64,000 nt of DNA, from contig NW_003314340.1 of assembly GCF_000143415.4 (NCBI RefSeq), forward strand, positions 800,161 to 864,160. The letters are read 5' to 3'. Both the position numbers and the translations under genes were made by a program. Every line of letters starts with the position of its first letter. Position 1 is the first letter of the stretch. The notes below the pieces were generated by a model that worked only from the letters and a program-made list of their open reading frames with translations, made no database searches and was not told where the DNA came from. Below, one piece after another: positions 50,201 through 64,000 of this stretch. Source of the stretch: Selaginella moellendorffii (taxonomy: Eukaryota; Plantae; Lycopodiophyta).

Positions 50201-50925
50201 GCTTAGCGCGTTGGGATTGAATAACCTGCACTATGTAGCTCATCGTTTTCACAGTGGAGGCCCTTCTGCTGTTTAAAGCCGCATCGAGGGTGTCACCTTC
50301 CGTAGATGCTGAGGAGCGAACTAAGCGCTGTAAAAAAGTTTCCTCCGGAATTACGGACGATGTATCCGGCTTATCTGCAACTGAACGGCATTTGTCAGCC
50401 TATCCATGTAACTGGAATATTTCTTACCACTTGACACTGGCGGCGCTACCTCCAGCACCGGTACCTCGGTAGTACCATCAGGATGAGCATTTACGGCTAG
50501 TAGCTCCAAGTCATCCACTAGCTATAGAAAAGAACGAGTCAGACATAGAAACCAAACAAACAACAATGAAAGATAAAAGGGACTGCTTACCTCCTTCCAG
50601 CACCTATTCACCGAAATAAGCGTCTCATCAAAAGAAGTTTGCTTTGATTTAAGCTGGTTGAACTTATCCTCCAGAGCGTGTATCTCACTTCTTTGAGCGT
50701 CAAGCTTCTGAGCGAGTTGCTGGTTTTGGTACTGAAGCATTCCCGGGTCCGCCTATACATGCACAAAGAAGCATTAGAAAAGAAGAAAGACCAACAATAA
50801 GAAGACCAAACCTTTCTCTCCTCTAAAACTGGAGCCATGGGCTGCTGCTTCTTTGGCGGTGGCGAGAGAGACGTGTGATTGTTGGAATGCCTTCGCTTGC
50901 GCTCCGACTCCTCAGTGCTACCCAT
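47279..50925 (-). CDS. BRE1-like histone H2B E3 ubiquitin ligase (HUB1/HUB2 family), many exons
   Basis: MLQYQNQQLAQKLDAQ, LDEHSLELRVKTANEAEAACQQRLAAAEAEIAELR, RING LKCSVCHDRQKEVAITKCLHLFCNPCIQRNLEIRHRKCPGC. Confidence 0.95.
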
Positions 50926-51449
50926 TCGGCTCCCACTACCCCTACTGGTACCTGCGTTGCTCGGACTGGCGGCGCTACTCCTCCAAGCAGCCTCATCAAT
51001 CGCCAGTGGCGACTTGGCCACCGACGACCGAAGCGCTTCCACAGACGGCTCCAGGGCGGCGAAAGCGAGACAAGATTTCGACAGTCTCCTCAAGCGCCAT
51101 ACCCTACCTCAAGCCCTAGCTATGGCGCCGCAGCGCCATGCCGCCGGCGACTACTCCGGGCAAAGCGCCATTCCCGTGCTGGAGCGCTACCCTAGGGTCG
51201 GAATGGCTATGGCGCCGCCGCCGCCCAACCAATACAGATGGAAAATGAATGAAGGAAAGAATTCCAATCCCCTCTAAGTCTCTGCTTGCATGAATTGCCC
51301 GCCCGTCACGCGCCGTTGATCTGCGGGCATCCAACACTCACAAACGCGCCACGACAAATGTGAAGGACTTTGAAGGGCGTTACCGGCAATGCTTCTATTT
51401 CCATTCCAGAATGAACTATGCCCTCCATCGCCGGAGAGATTTTTCTGGC

Positions 51450-51459
51450 AGCCACGTGG
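51450..51459. promoter_or_regulatory. Palindromic G-box GCCACGTGGC upstream of the HUB gene
   Basis: Perfect 10-bp palindrome; function inferred only. Confidence 0.4.
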
Positions 51460-51864
51460 CACAACCCTCGCGGTCCAAATTAGGTTACGCGTTTCCCAGA
51501 TTGCAGCCGCTAGCTCCAACGGTCCCGATTCGCGGGAGCCATCGTTTATATGGACCATCGGGGATTAGGGTTCTTCGTGGTCTGTGATGATCTCTCTTGT
51601 GGCGAGTTGCGAGTAGAGACGATGCCTTGCCTCGCGCAAGGGAACCCATTCATCTCCTCGCATCTCTGTGAATCGCCCATCCTCTATTTCTGAGACCCTA
51701 AAATCTCCTTTGTGGAATTCGATTTTTTTTCTCACGGACAGATGATGAATCCATGTAAGGTCTCGTTCGTCTGAGTGAAAAGCTCTCGCGCTTTTCCTGA
51801 CGACAACGATTTATATCACCACCCATAGACTGATGTCCGCGTTTTTTCGATCTAGATTTCGCTC

Positions 51865-52457
51865 TCACACCTCGACATTCTCCTTGGCCGTTGTCTTCTT
51901 CACTGCTTCGGTTTCTTCCGAGGATCCGGGAACTTTTTCTTCTTCCTCGGCGGATTTCTTCGCTGTGAGCTCGGTCTGGAATTCGTCCGCTGCCTGCCCA
52001 TGACAACAAAACCAAATGAGGCCGCGAGATTCACGAAAAGATCTCTTTTTTACTTGTTGGAAGCTCTTGACAGTCTTGCCGAGGCTCTTCCCAATCTCTG
52101 GGAGCTTCTTGGGCCCAAAAACCAGCGCCGCCACTCCGGCGATCACGACGAGCTCGGGCACGCCCAGCCCAAACAGCGCCATCACTCTGGCAGTCCGTCT
52201 CGTTGCTAGCATCGAATTGACGCCCCGCGCTCTCAGCCGCAGCACGCCATCGCCGAAAACCTCACGAGACGTCAACGAAGCTCCTGCGCCATGACAATCC
52301 AATTCGAATCCTTCGTTTCATCCAATCGTTTTCGATCGAATTTACCTGGAACAAATGCGCTCGCTGGCGCATTGCATCGCGCCGCTGACGGCAATGGCGT
52401 GCTCCTCGCGATCGCAGCGGCAGGCCGGGCTTGGATTGGCAACACCGCCATCGCCAT
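51865..52457 (-). CDS. TATA: Chloroplast twin-arginine translocase subunit TatA/Tha4, 3 exons
   Basis: Transit peptide, then ALFGLGVPELVVIAGVAALVFGPKKLPEIGKSLGKTVKSFQQAADEF. Confidence 0.95.
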
Positions 52458-52541
52458 CGCTAAAACCCTAGAATATTATCCCCGCGCCATTAGACCGCCA
52501 TCAGCTTAGAGGAGAGAGAAAACGCTACACATGGAACACGA

Positions 52542-52624
52542 GCTAGCTTGCCCGAGAGGTCCAAGGGGGGTGACTTAAGATCACCTGCACGTAGTGCGCG
52601 TGGGTTCGAACCCCACAGCTAGCA
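52542..52624 (+). tRNA. tRNA-Leu (anticodon UAA)
   Basis: Acceptor stem GCTAGCT/AGCTAGC, anticodon arm GGTGA-CTTAAGA-TCACC, long variable arm, GGTTCGAACCC, followed by TTTT. Confidence 0.95.
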
Positions 52625-52761
52625 AGATTTTGGAAATTTGAATCGATCACAAAACCTCCTTACTCACAGGTTCCTCTCCCGCGAATCGATCGCAAGACCT
52701 CCTTCACTATTCCAACGAATAGATTTGAGGAGCATTTTCAATGTGACTAGGGTTGGCGGGA

Positions 52762-56189
<3,428 letters not shown>

Positions 56190-56274
56190 TGTATAATGTA
56201 TAGGGGCCATTGTTTACTATCACAGTGGAGAAAATTTGGTTTCTATGGTTTGGTTTTGATTGATTAGCATGGTT

Positions 56275-56358
56275 CCGACCTTAGCTCAGTTGGTAGAGCG
56301 GAGGACTGTAGTGCTCACAGACATCCTTAGGTCGCTGGTTCGATTCCGGCAGGTCGGA
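56275..56358 (+). tRNA. tRNA-Tyr (anticodon GUA) with 11-nt intron 56312-56322
   Basis: CCGACCTTAGCTCAGTTGGTAGAGCGGAGGACTGTAG-intron-ATCCTTAGGTCGCTGGTTCGATTCCGGCAGGTCGGA, the canonical plant tRNA-Tyr; T-runs follow. Confidence 0.97.
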
Positions 56359-56475
56359 CACTCTTTTCTTTTTCGCTCCTCTGTAAAGCTTTGATCCACG
56401 CCTTGTGTTTTTTTTCTTGGTGTGGCTATATTTCATTTTGGGAGGGAGAGAGCGCGAGCGTTTTGTGGCGGCCAA

Positions 56476-57978
56476 ATGCAAGAACGATCTTCCTCTTCCT
56501 CGTCTTCGTCTTCGCGCTGGTGTTGTGGAGCCGCACCCGCCGCTAGAGAGGAAGATCACGAATCAGGTGAGGCATTCTTTCTTCCGGATCGCGCTGTTCT
56601 TGTTCTTGATCTCGGCTTTCTTGCTCGAATTCTTGCCAGACATGGCGGCGGCGCAGTCGCAGAAGTGGAGCTACTTCTCTAACAAACCGCAGTGAGTGGT
56701 AGTGTGGATTTGTGAGCGCTTCCAGCTAGCGGCATTTCCTTTTCCTTGGATTTCTTCCTCTCCTTTTTCTTTCTCCTCTCGAAATATCCCAGCGCGGGGC
56801 TTGCTAGAGCGGAAATCTCTCCTCTTTCTCCCTGTGTGTGCTTCGTTTTGCAAGAAATTCTCGCGGACTGACTAAAATGGGTGGATCTGCATTGGAATCG
56901 CTGGGCAAAAGCCTCAAAGAGACGCTCCACAAGGCCTCCTCGGACAGCGACAAGCGGCGGCTCACGGCGGACATGCAGAAGCTAGTGTGGGCGCAGCAGC
57001 GCCAGGAGCCAGCGGCGCCGCCACCGCCACCGCCAGGAACCACCGACGCCGCCAGCGATCCCGACCAAAACGACGAGATGGTTAAGGCGGTGGACAGCAT
57101 CCAGGCCAAGGAGGAGGAGATCGAGAAGCGCAAGGCCGAGGTCCACCAGAGGGTCCAGGCAAAGCTTAGCAAAGTGGAGCTGGAAGCTCGCAGCTTGGAC
57201 AACCTCCGCCGGGTAAGAAAGCTGGAAATCCTCCCTTCCTTCTCTTCGTCACTCTTCTACTCTTCTTGGAGTTGGAAAAGTTCTAAAGTTTTTCATACTC
57301 TTCTAGAAAGCTGGAAATCCTCTCTTCCTCCTCTTCGTTCGTTCTAAAGTCCTCAAGTTTTCATACTCTTCTACTGTTCTTGGAGTTGGAAAAGTTCTAA
57401 ATTTTTTCATACTCTTCTTCTCTTCTAGAAAGCTGGAAATCCTTTGCTTCTCTTCGTTCGTTCTAAAGTTCTCAAGTTTCCATACTCTTCTACTCTTCTA
57501 GGAGTTGGAAAAGTTCTAAAGTTCTTTGGGACTCTTTTCTTCCAGGAGTTGGAAAATCTCGAGGATCCGACGAGGAAGGAAGTCGGGGAGATCCGCAAGA
57601 AGATTGAGGCGGTGGACCGGGAGCTCAAGCCGCTCAAGCAGCAGTTTGACAAGAAGGTACTCGTTTCCTCCCTTCCTTTTCTTGCTCCTTGTGTGCGCTT
57701 GGTTTGCCGAGGATCCATGCTACAATGTGTGCAGGAAAAGGAGTTTAAAGATGCCTCCAAGGCCCTCGACGACAAGGTGAAGCTCAAGGCCTCGCTCGTG
57801 AGCAAATTGATGGAGGTAAAGTTCTTGGTTGTCTCTTCTCACAACTTTTACAAGCCCGAGCTCGTTCTTCCAGGTTGTGACCGAGAGCGAGGCCGTGAGG
57901 ATGAAGAAGCTCAACGAGCTCTCCAAGAGCTTCGATGATATGGACACCGCCGCGCTCGTTGCCAGTGGTGGAGCTTGA
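56476..57978 (+). CDS. DUF662 / RAB6-interacting golgin-like coiled-coil protein, multi-exon
   Basis: KEEEIEKRKAEVHQRVQAKL...ELENLEDPTRKEVGEIRKKIEAVDRELKPL...KEKEF...LVSKLMEVVTESEAVRMKKLNELSK; upstream exons splice in frame from ATG 56476. Confidence 0.85.
57215..57525 (+). repeat. Three-copy intronic tandem repeat (~90-120 bp unit)
   Basis: agaaagctggaaatcct...ctcttctac...ggagttggaaaagttctaaa repeated three times. Confidence 0.9.
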
Positions 57979-58339
57979 GATCCACTCTCGAGCTCGCAAA
58001 TCCACGAACTCACAAACACTTCATAGGTGAAGATACTACACACACACACACACACACACTTACTCGTCGCAAATTCCTTCCTTTTTTTCTCGCTTTCACT
58101 TCTCCTTGCTTTGGCGGATTACATACATAGCTCGTGATCAAGATCAAGAAAAAAAAAAGAAAAAAAAAAAAAAGCCGCAGCGATTTTGTTGGTGTTTTCC
58201 TTTTTGTGATACGGAGCCTGGCTGCACTCCTCCTTTCGCGTCTGTGACACACAAACTTTATCATACAGTAAGAAAGAAATGCCCAGACGTTTCCAAAGTG
58301 TGGATTTTTTTGTTTCTTCCTTGTCACTGGAATGGAATC

Positions 58340-58545
58340 TAGCTTGCTTGGATGGAGATAGATCCTTGCCGTGTTCTTCAGTCTAGTTTTGGATCTTATC
58401 TTCCAACTTTCCTGGAGAGCTGGAGATCTTTGCTATGTTCTTCAGTCTAGTTTTGGAAGATAGATCGTTGCTAAGTTCTTCAGCCTAGTTTGATCTTATC
58501 TTCCAACTTTTATGGATTAAGTTTGCTCGATTCTTCCTGGAGAGT
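58340..58545. repeat. Degenerate tandem repeats between convergent 3' ends
   Basis: gttcttcagtctagttttgga and gatcttatcttccaacttt recur. Confidence 0.7.
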
Positions 58546-58567
58546 TTAACAAAGAGCCAGAGAGAAT

Positions 58568-59433
58568 TCATTTGACCTTCCTGAGTAGCACGTAGAGGCG
58601 CTGATCCATTTGCAGCTCGTTAAGATGCTGTGGATCTCCCTTGAGTTTCATCAGCAATCCCCCAAACGACACATAAATGTCTCTGATCGAGCGAAGATTT
58701 GAGAGAGGTTTAAACAGAAGAAGGAAAAGTACGCTGGAAATACGTACACTTTGAGAGCGCCCGTGCTATGGTCGTCGCTATACTTGTAGAGCTTACCGTA
58801 CATGACGTAGTCGTAGCGATCCGCGAGCGACCTCTTGCCACTCTAAAGCAAAGCGAAGAAAGAGATATAAAAGAAGGAAAAGGTGAAAAGCTGGGAATGG
58901 ATGGAATGGAATTGAAAGCTACGCTAGGTGGATCAATCAATCGAGTGCTGGGTTTTGGCGGATTTGGCTCTTTTCTTGCGTGATCTTGGGTTGTTTGAAT
59001 CAAAGTTGTGGACCACCGAGGGAAAAAAAGGGAATTTTTTTTGCATACCTGATCAAGCACGCCTTCGTCGGGCGTGCCATCCAGGCTGAGCGTCGGCGCC
59101 AAAGCCATGGTGAATTTTTCGTCCCTGTGGAGAGGGTACACATCGCAGTTGACATCCAGGAGCAAATGCATGTCGAATTGCTCGCTGTGTGCCTCGATCC
59201 TCGACACTGCGCACCACCGAAAAAGAGCACCCAAAGGATTAGTTTTTGTTCTTGTGGATCGTTCTCCAAAAAACGCTTTTGTGTAACGGAGAACACTCGC
59301 AACTAGGAGAGAAGTTTGAGAGATTCGACGAGGGAATGATTAGAGGAAGAAGGGACTTTCCTTTGTCGAATTTCTTGCCGTCCGGGTCGATGTCGGTGAC
59401 CCGGAAGATGTCCTCGAGGAGCAAGTTCGCCAT
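58568..59433 (-). CDS. NRPB8: RNA polymerase I/II/III common subunit 8, 4 exons
   Basis: [64 protein letters not shown]. Confidence 0.96.
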
Positions 59434-59754
59434 AGCTCTCTCTCTCTCTCCCCCCCCAGAAAGCTTTGAGAAAAACTTTGAGAAAACCACCACCCTTTGA
59501 GAAAAAACTTTGCTTTGTTTGCAAACTCGGAATGTAGGCTCTCGCTATATCTAGAAAAGAGTGTTTGGAAGATTTTAGAAAAGTTAACGCTGATATCTCG
59601 CCCGATCACACACAAAATTCTAGTAAAAAGGAGATTTTTACAGAAGTTTTCTCGGTTTTCTTTTTTCTCTCAATCACAAAACTAACTTAAAGTATCTTCC
59701 TTTCTGCATCTGTACATAAGAATCGCGTGCTAAACTATAACTATCAAAGGACGA

Positions 59755-62123
59755 TCATACCGCAGCTGGTGTTTGGCTGCTCGCTTGCGAGTAGACAAGC
59801 AAAGATTTGATGAAGTTCTCGTACCTCCGGCGGAAAGTTGGGAATCTGGATACGCTGGTGGAAATTCCTTGAATCCTGGGAAACAAAACACGTAAAAGAG
59901 TGTGAGTCCCAAGTACAAAAAGAGATTTTGGAAGAGATATCTTGAGAACTCTGCGAGCTAGAGTTACCTTCTGCTGAGAGCTTCTAGCTCTCCTTTGCGA
60001 ACGTTGTCTTGCGGTGCAATGGCTCCATTGTCCCACTCGGCGTCGCTGCTCAGGAGCGTCAGCTTTTCCAAGTATCGCTCCTCGCTGGGATGGAGCTTGG
60101 CGGCTCGGATTTGCTCTTTGAGTACCAGCAGCGGCTCGAAGAACCAATCCAGCAGTCGGTCCTCGGGACGATTGAAGACTGTCAGCTCCAAGCCACTATC
60201 TGCGGCAAGTTTTCATTAGTTCTAACCGAAGAAAGAGATCTCCCTCCCAAACTTACACAAAACTAAGCCTGTGGAGCTCGACTTGGCTGAGAAGATGAGG
60301 TTCATGAGCAAAGAATACGCCGGCAACTTCACGGCTATGAACTTGTTCTTGGACTTGTCACTCAGGTACTCTTCCAGGTCCGAGGTCTTGAGGACTCCCT
60401 TGTGAATCAAATCTTTGCTGTGCTCGCAGCACGACTTAAACATATGTTCCCAGACCTGTCAAACTAGTGTCAAAAGCTGGAAAAGAAAAATGAGTATGGA
60501 GTTTCTACCTGGACCATCTTCACATCTTGTATACTTTGCTTGAGAGATTTCGACGCGGAGAGCTGGGGGATGATCATCCCAGCTTCGGAAGGCTTTTGTT
60601 CCGGAGCTGGCTGCTTGGCCACTGCCTTCTGGGAGTGGCCCTTCTCTGGATCTGGAAGTACATCTTCAGCTTTGGAGACCCGTGAGCTATAGCTCGGCCT
60701 GATATAACATCGATCGTTTGGCAAGAATGGTTGATAGAAACAATAACTACCTGGGAAGACACGATCCTTCTCTAAGATAAAGCACGTCATTTGTTTGCTC
60801 GTCAAACTCCGCACCCATAGCCACTATATAAGCCAAGCCAGACTTGAATGAATTCTCCTGGAAAACAAAGAAATGTATAACTCCACTCGACAAGCTTGGA
60901 AGAAAACAAAAGAATAGCAAACCTTGTGAACGATCACAGCAGCGTAGAGTCCCACAAAGATGCTGGTAAAAACCCCGGATACCACCGCGGCCACCACAAC
61001 CAAAGGCCACAGGAGAATCGCGAGGCCGGCGAATGGAACACACACAACTTTGACGCAAGTTCCCTCCTGCGAGACGATGAGATCGTCCAGCAAACGCTCC
61101 CAGCCTTTTACGAGCATGAACGGGCTTTTGATGAGCGAGATGATCGCAAAGAGAGGGACGTCCACGATAACTCCAAGAACAGCAGCGACAAAACACGTTG
61201 GAATCTCGAGCAGCCTGCTAGAATTTTGTAAGTTTGATACTAAACACACACACTCTAAACCTCGAGAGTGGAAACCAACCTGATGTTATATGGGCCATCG
61301 ATCGCCTCTCCATCGCGAAAGTCTGCAATATAAGCAGGACACGAGTGATAACACCAGTCCGTAAAATCGCGTACTACTGTGCAGCTTCCTTTGACAGTGC
61401 TAAAGCTTCCATCCTAGAAAAGCAGCAAAGTCAAGATAAACAGGGAAAAAAAATGGATAGAAAACGAAAACAAAGTCAGAAGAGGTAGGAGTTTTGTGGA
61501 TATGAAACTGACACTCTACCTTACCAGGATGCAGGAGTGAGCTTTGTTCGTTCTTCCCTGGCCGACGGCCTCGAAAGTTGCCACCAGCGGCGTGAAAAAA
61601 CCATATCCCAATCCAGTGAGAACGCTGCCGCAAATCACAGCTGCTGGCCACAGCACGAGAGGTAATGGAGCACACAAAGCTGCTACGAGTTTCAATAACA
61701 ATCCCAGCTTTCTGGTCCTGGAAAAAACAGAAAAACAAACAAAGAAAGTTCTTTCAATGAATGATCTTAAGCTACAAACTTGAGCTCGACTTACTTGATG
61801 ATGCTTTCATAAATCCAGTAAACAAATGCTGGCCAGAGAGCGAGAGCAACTGTCACATTGCCCACGAAAATGATAGCCAGTGCCAAAGGAGCGATTAGAA
61901 TTCCTGCGAAAAACAGGTTGGTTCCACTTTCTCTTGCTCTTTTCTTGCCAAGAAAGCTAAACTAGCTCGAGAGTTTCTCAGATCCACCAAGAAAACGAAA
62001 GACCCAAAGCAAAGAATTCCACTCACCTTTGCCAATCCCCACAAAGAAAAGGAGGAGAAAAAGCGGTACGAAGAGAACAAAACTCCAAACAGCAGCGCCC
62101 ACGTCCACCCAAGACTGTGCCAT
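59755..62123 (-). CDS. Uncharacterised multi-pass membrane protein (At3g27390-like family)
   Basis: Hydrophobic N-half, GLGYGFFTPLVATFEAVG, IKSPFMLVKGWERLLDDL, CVPFAGLAILLWP, EFDEQTNDVLYLREGSCLPR, LDWFFEPLLVLKEQI, SRFPTFRRRY. Confidence 0.8.
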
Positions 62124-62454
62124 GGCGCCCGCCTCTCTCGCTCTCTCGCTCGCTTCCCCCTAAAATTTTTTCTCTCTCTCACAATCAATCAATTATCCTA
62201 CCTAAGGCCAAAACCAGACAAGGAATTCTTTCTTCCATGTGTGTGTACAGCTTTCATGGACAAAGCCCCGTGTTCGTGGATACAAGACCTTCTCTTTAAA
62301 GAAAAGAAGAAATGCTTCACTCGACACTCAACACTTCCACTGATACAAGTACGAAACTTCGTTTTTGAGAAGCTCAAAGACACCATCTCAAGTCAACTTG
62401 ATTCACAGCCAAAAAGTCCTTTTTTTTTCTTCTTTTTTTTTCTTTTTTCGCTCG

Positions 62455-63212
62455 TCACGGAGTCTTGAGCAGTGATCTGAGCTTGTTTAGCGCATCACCC
62501 GCCACGACTCGAGCTTCACTGCTTGTGTCCACCGTGACAACGTCGTGTTCTTGCTGGTCTCCCACTTCCAAAAGCGCTAGCTGCGACTTTAGAAGCGAGG
62601 GTGGCATGTAGTGACCACCGGCTTTGAATCGAGACTCCACTCTCGCGGTGATCAAGTCCGACACTCTGAGATAGACGAACACCACCCGGCTTTTCTTCCT
62701 CTTCTTCCTCTCTCTTTCGTCACTGGCTCCGCGGAGGATGTCACGGTATGAAGTTTTCAACGCCGAGCACGCCAAAACCACTGGTTTTTCCTCCACCGAG
62801 TAGGCTGCGAGGAGATCCCTGAGCTTCTCCAGCCACGGAAGACGATCGGAGTCGGATAGAGGGATCCCGCTTCTCATCTTTTCTGGAACACAGAAGATCA
62901 GTGAGAGGAAATGAATTGATTTGCGGAAAGTCAGCCACCACCTATACTGTTTCGAGAGTGATAGTCGTCCGCATCGAGGAACTCACAACCAAGTTTCTCG
63001 GCAATCAGCCTTCCAATCGTCCTGCGATGCACAGAAAATTTTGGAAAAAATTTCAAGTCGAAGATCCAATCCTCTTACGTTTTGCCTGATCCAGAGACGC
63101 CAAAAACCACGATTCCGAGGCCTGGAGAAACGTTTTAGGAGCTATGTGAAAGCTGAAGTTTCTGCTGCTTACCTGGAGATGAATCGAAAGCGCACTTGCT
63201 CTTAGCCGCCAT
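62455..63212 (-). CDS. Gluconokinase, 4 exons
   Basis: VVFGVSGSGKTTIG (P-loop), FLDADDYH, KMRSGIPLSDSDRLPWL, VLACSALK..YR, HYMPPSLLKSQL. Confidence 0.93.
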
Positions 63213-63334
63213 AGCTTGTGGAGCTCTACGACACGAAACCTATGGAATGTTCCATGAACCAACGAACGAAACAAAAAGAGAAAACAAAAAGAAAGCGTAG
63301 CTTCCGTAATCTGGGGTTATTTTAGTCAATCGCT

Positions 63335-64000
63335 TCAAAGAATGATCTCTTCATGGACACTTCGGTTGAGTGTCTTGTGAGAGAGAACTATGCAGTTGAT
63401 CACCACGACCTCATCCTCTACAGAAACGCCCTCGCCTGGAATAATCAAACGTTAGACTTGTCCACCAGAAGAAAATGCTCATGTTCTCACCCAAAATTGT
63501 GATGCCCAACTTTGTAGTGTAGTCTCCGCCACCCTGATATCTCCCGGTAGGCTCTACACAAGAATAATTAAAAAGGTCTTTTACCTGTACACGAGCCCAT
63601 CTTCCAAGCGAGGACTTCCATCCAATAATCGCATTCATGACCACCGCATTTTCCTACAACCAGAAGATAAGAGAATGTTTCTTTAACGGTAGAAATCATA
63701 AAGGTTTTACCTCTATCTCGACATCGTCAAGGATTATGCAGCCGATAAGCCTCACACCTGGTCCGATGCGAGCATTCGCAGAAATGGAAACGTTTGGACC
63801 AATCTACAAACATGGAAAAACAAAAAAAAAAAAAAAAACAAGCCAAAGTTCCTCAAGTTTTCTCTAGAAAAGACTCGTGTTACCTTCGCAGAGGGATGAG
63901 TTTTCGCGGAGGGATGGATGTAAACATCGCCGGAAACAATAGCACCTTTGCTGTCGCTCTTCGCAAGCAAGTGTGGAGAAGTAGTTCGATACTGTCCAAG
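63335..64000 (-). CDS. Mannose-1-phosphate guanylyltransferase alpha (GMPPA/KONJAC-like), 3' part
   Basis: [74 protein letters not shown]...EEIIL*. Confidence 0.9.

Noticed and set aside
50853-51337. Several ORFs on both strands upstream of HUB
   Set aside because: GC-rich leader or promoter region; no homology or splice support for a separate gene

Overview
Eukaryotic plant nuclear DNA. It is very gene-dense, most introns are about 50-70 nt, PLS-class PPR genes are expanded and AT-rich decayed islands are interspersed. This fits a compact lycophyte genome such as Selaginella (inference, not database-confirmed). Recognisable intact genes: DENR/TMA22, a phytocystatin, two divergent DREB/AP2-ERF paralogues flanking RPB9, an enoyl-CoA hydratase, PLS-PPR genes, a CUC-like NAC factor, eIF3m head-to-head with DCP1, a small secreted PAN-domain protein, an ILR1-like amidohydrolase, HUB/BRE1, TatA, tRNA-Leu(UAA), F2KP, intron-containing tRNA-Tyr(GUA), a DUF662 coiled-coil protein, RPB8, an At3g27390-like membrane protein, gluconokinase and the 3' end of a GDP-mannose pyrophosphorylase-alpha. 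The first ~11.5 kb is a mosaic of broken gene pieces (TOP3A, F-box, RBOH, unassigned exons) and duplications. The most notable observations are: (1) a PPR subfamily whose L motifs carry a conserved ~16-aa insertion, present in two separate genes here; (2) a perfect 22-bp exon-intron inverted repeat next to a 3' splice site of the ILR1-like gene; (3) an RBOH C-terminus fused in frame to an F-box ORF, and a TOP3A relic apparently spliced onto a PPR gene; (4) tRNA genes tightly bracketing F2KP; (5) an intron built from self-duplications that contains a decoy acceptor. Exon boundaries were read by eye and are approximate unless stated.
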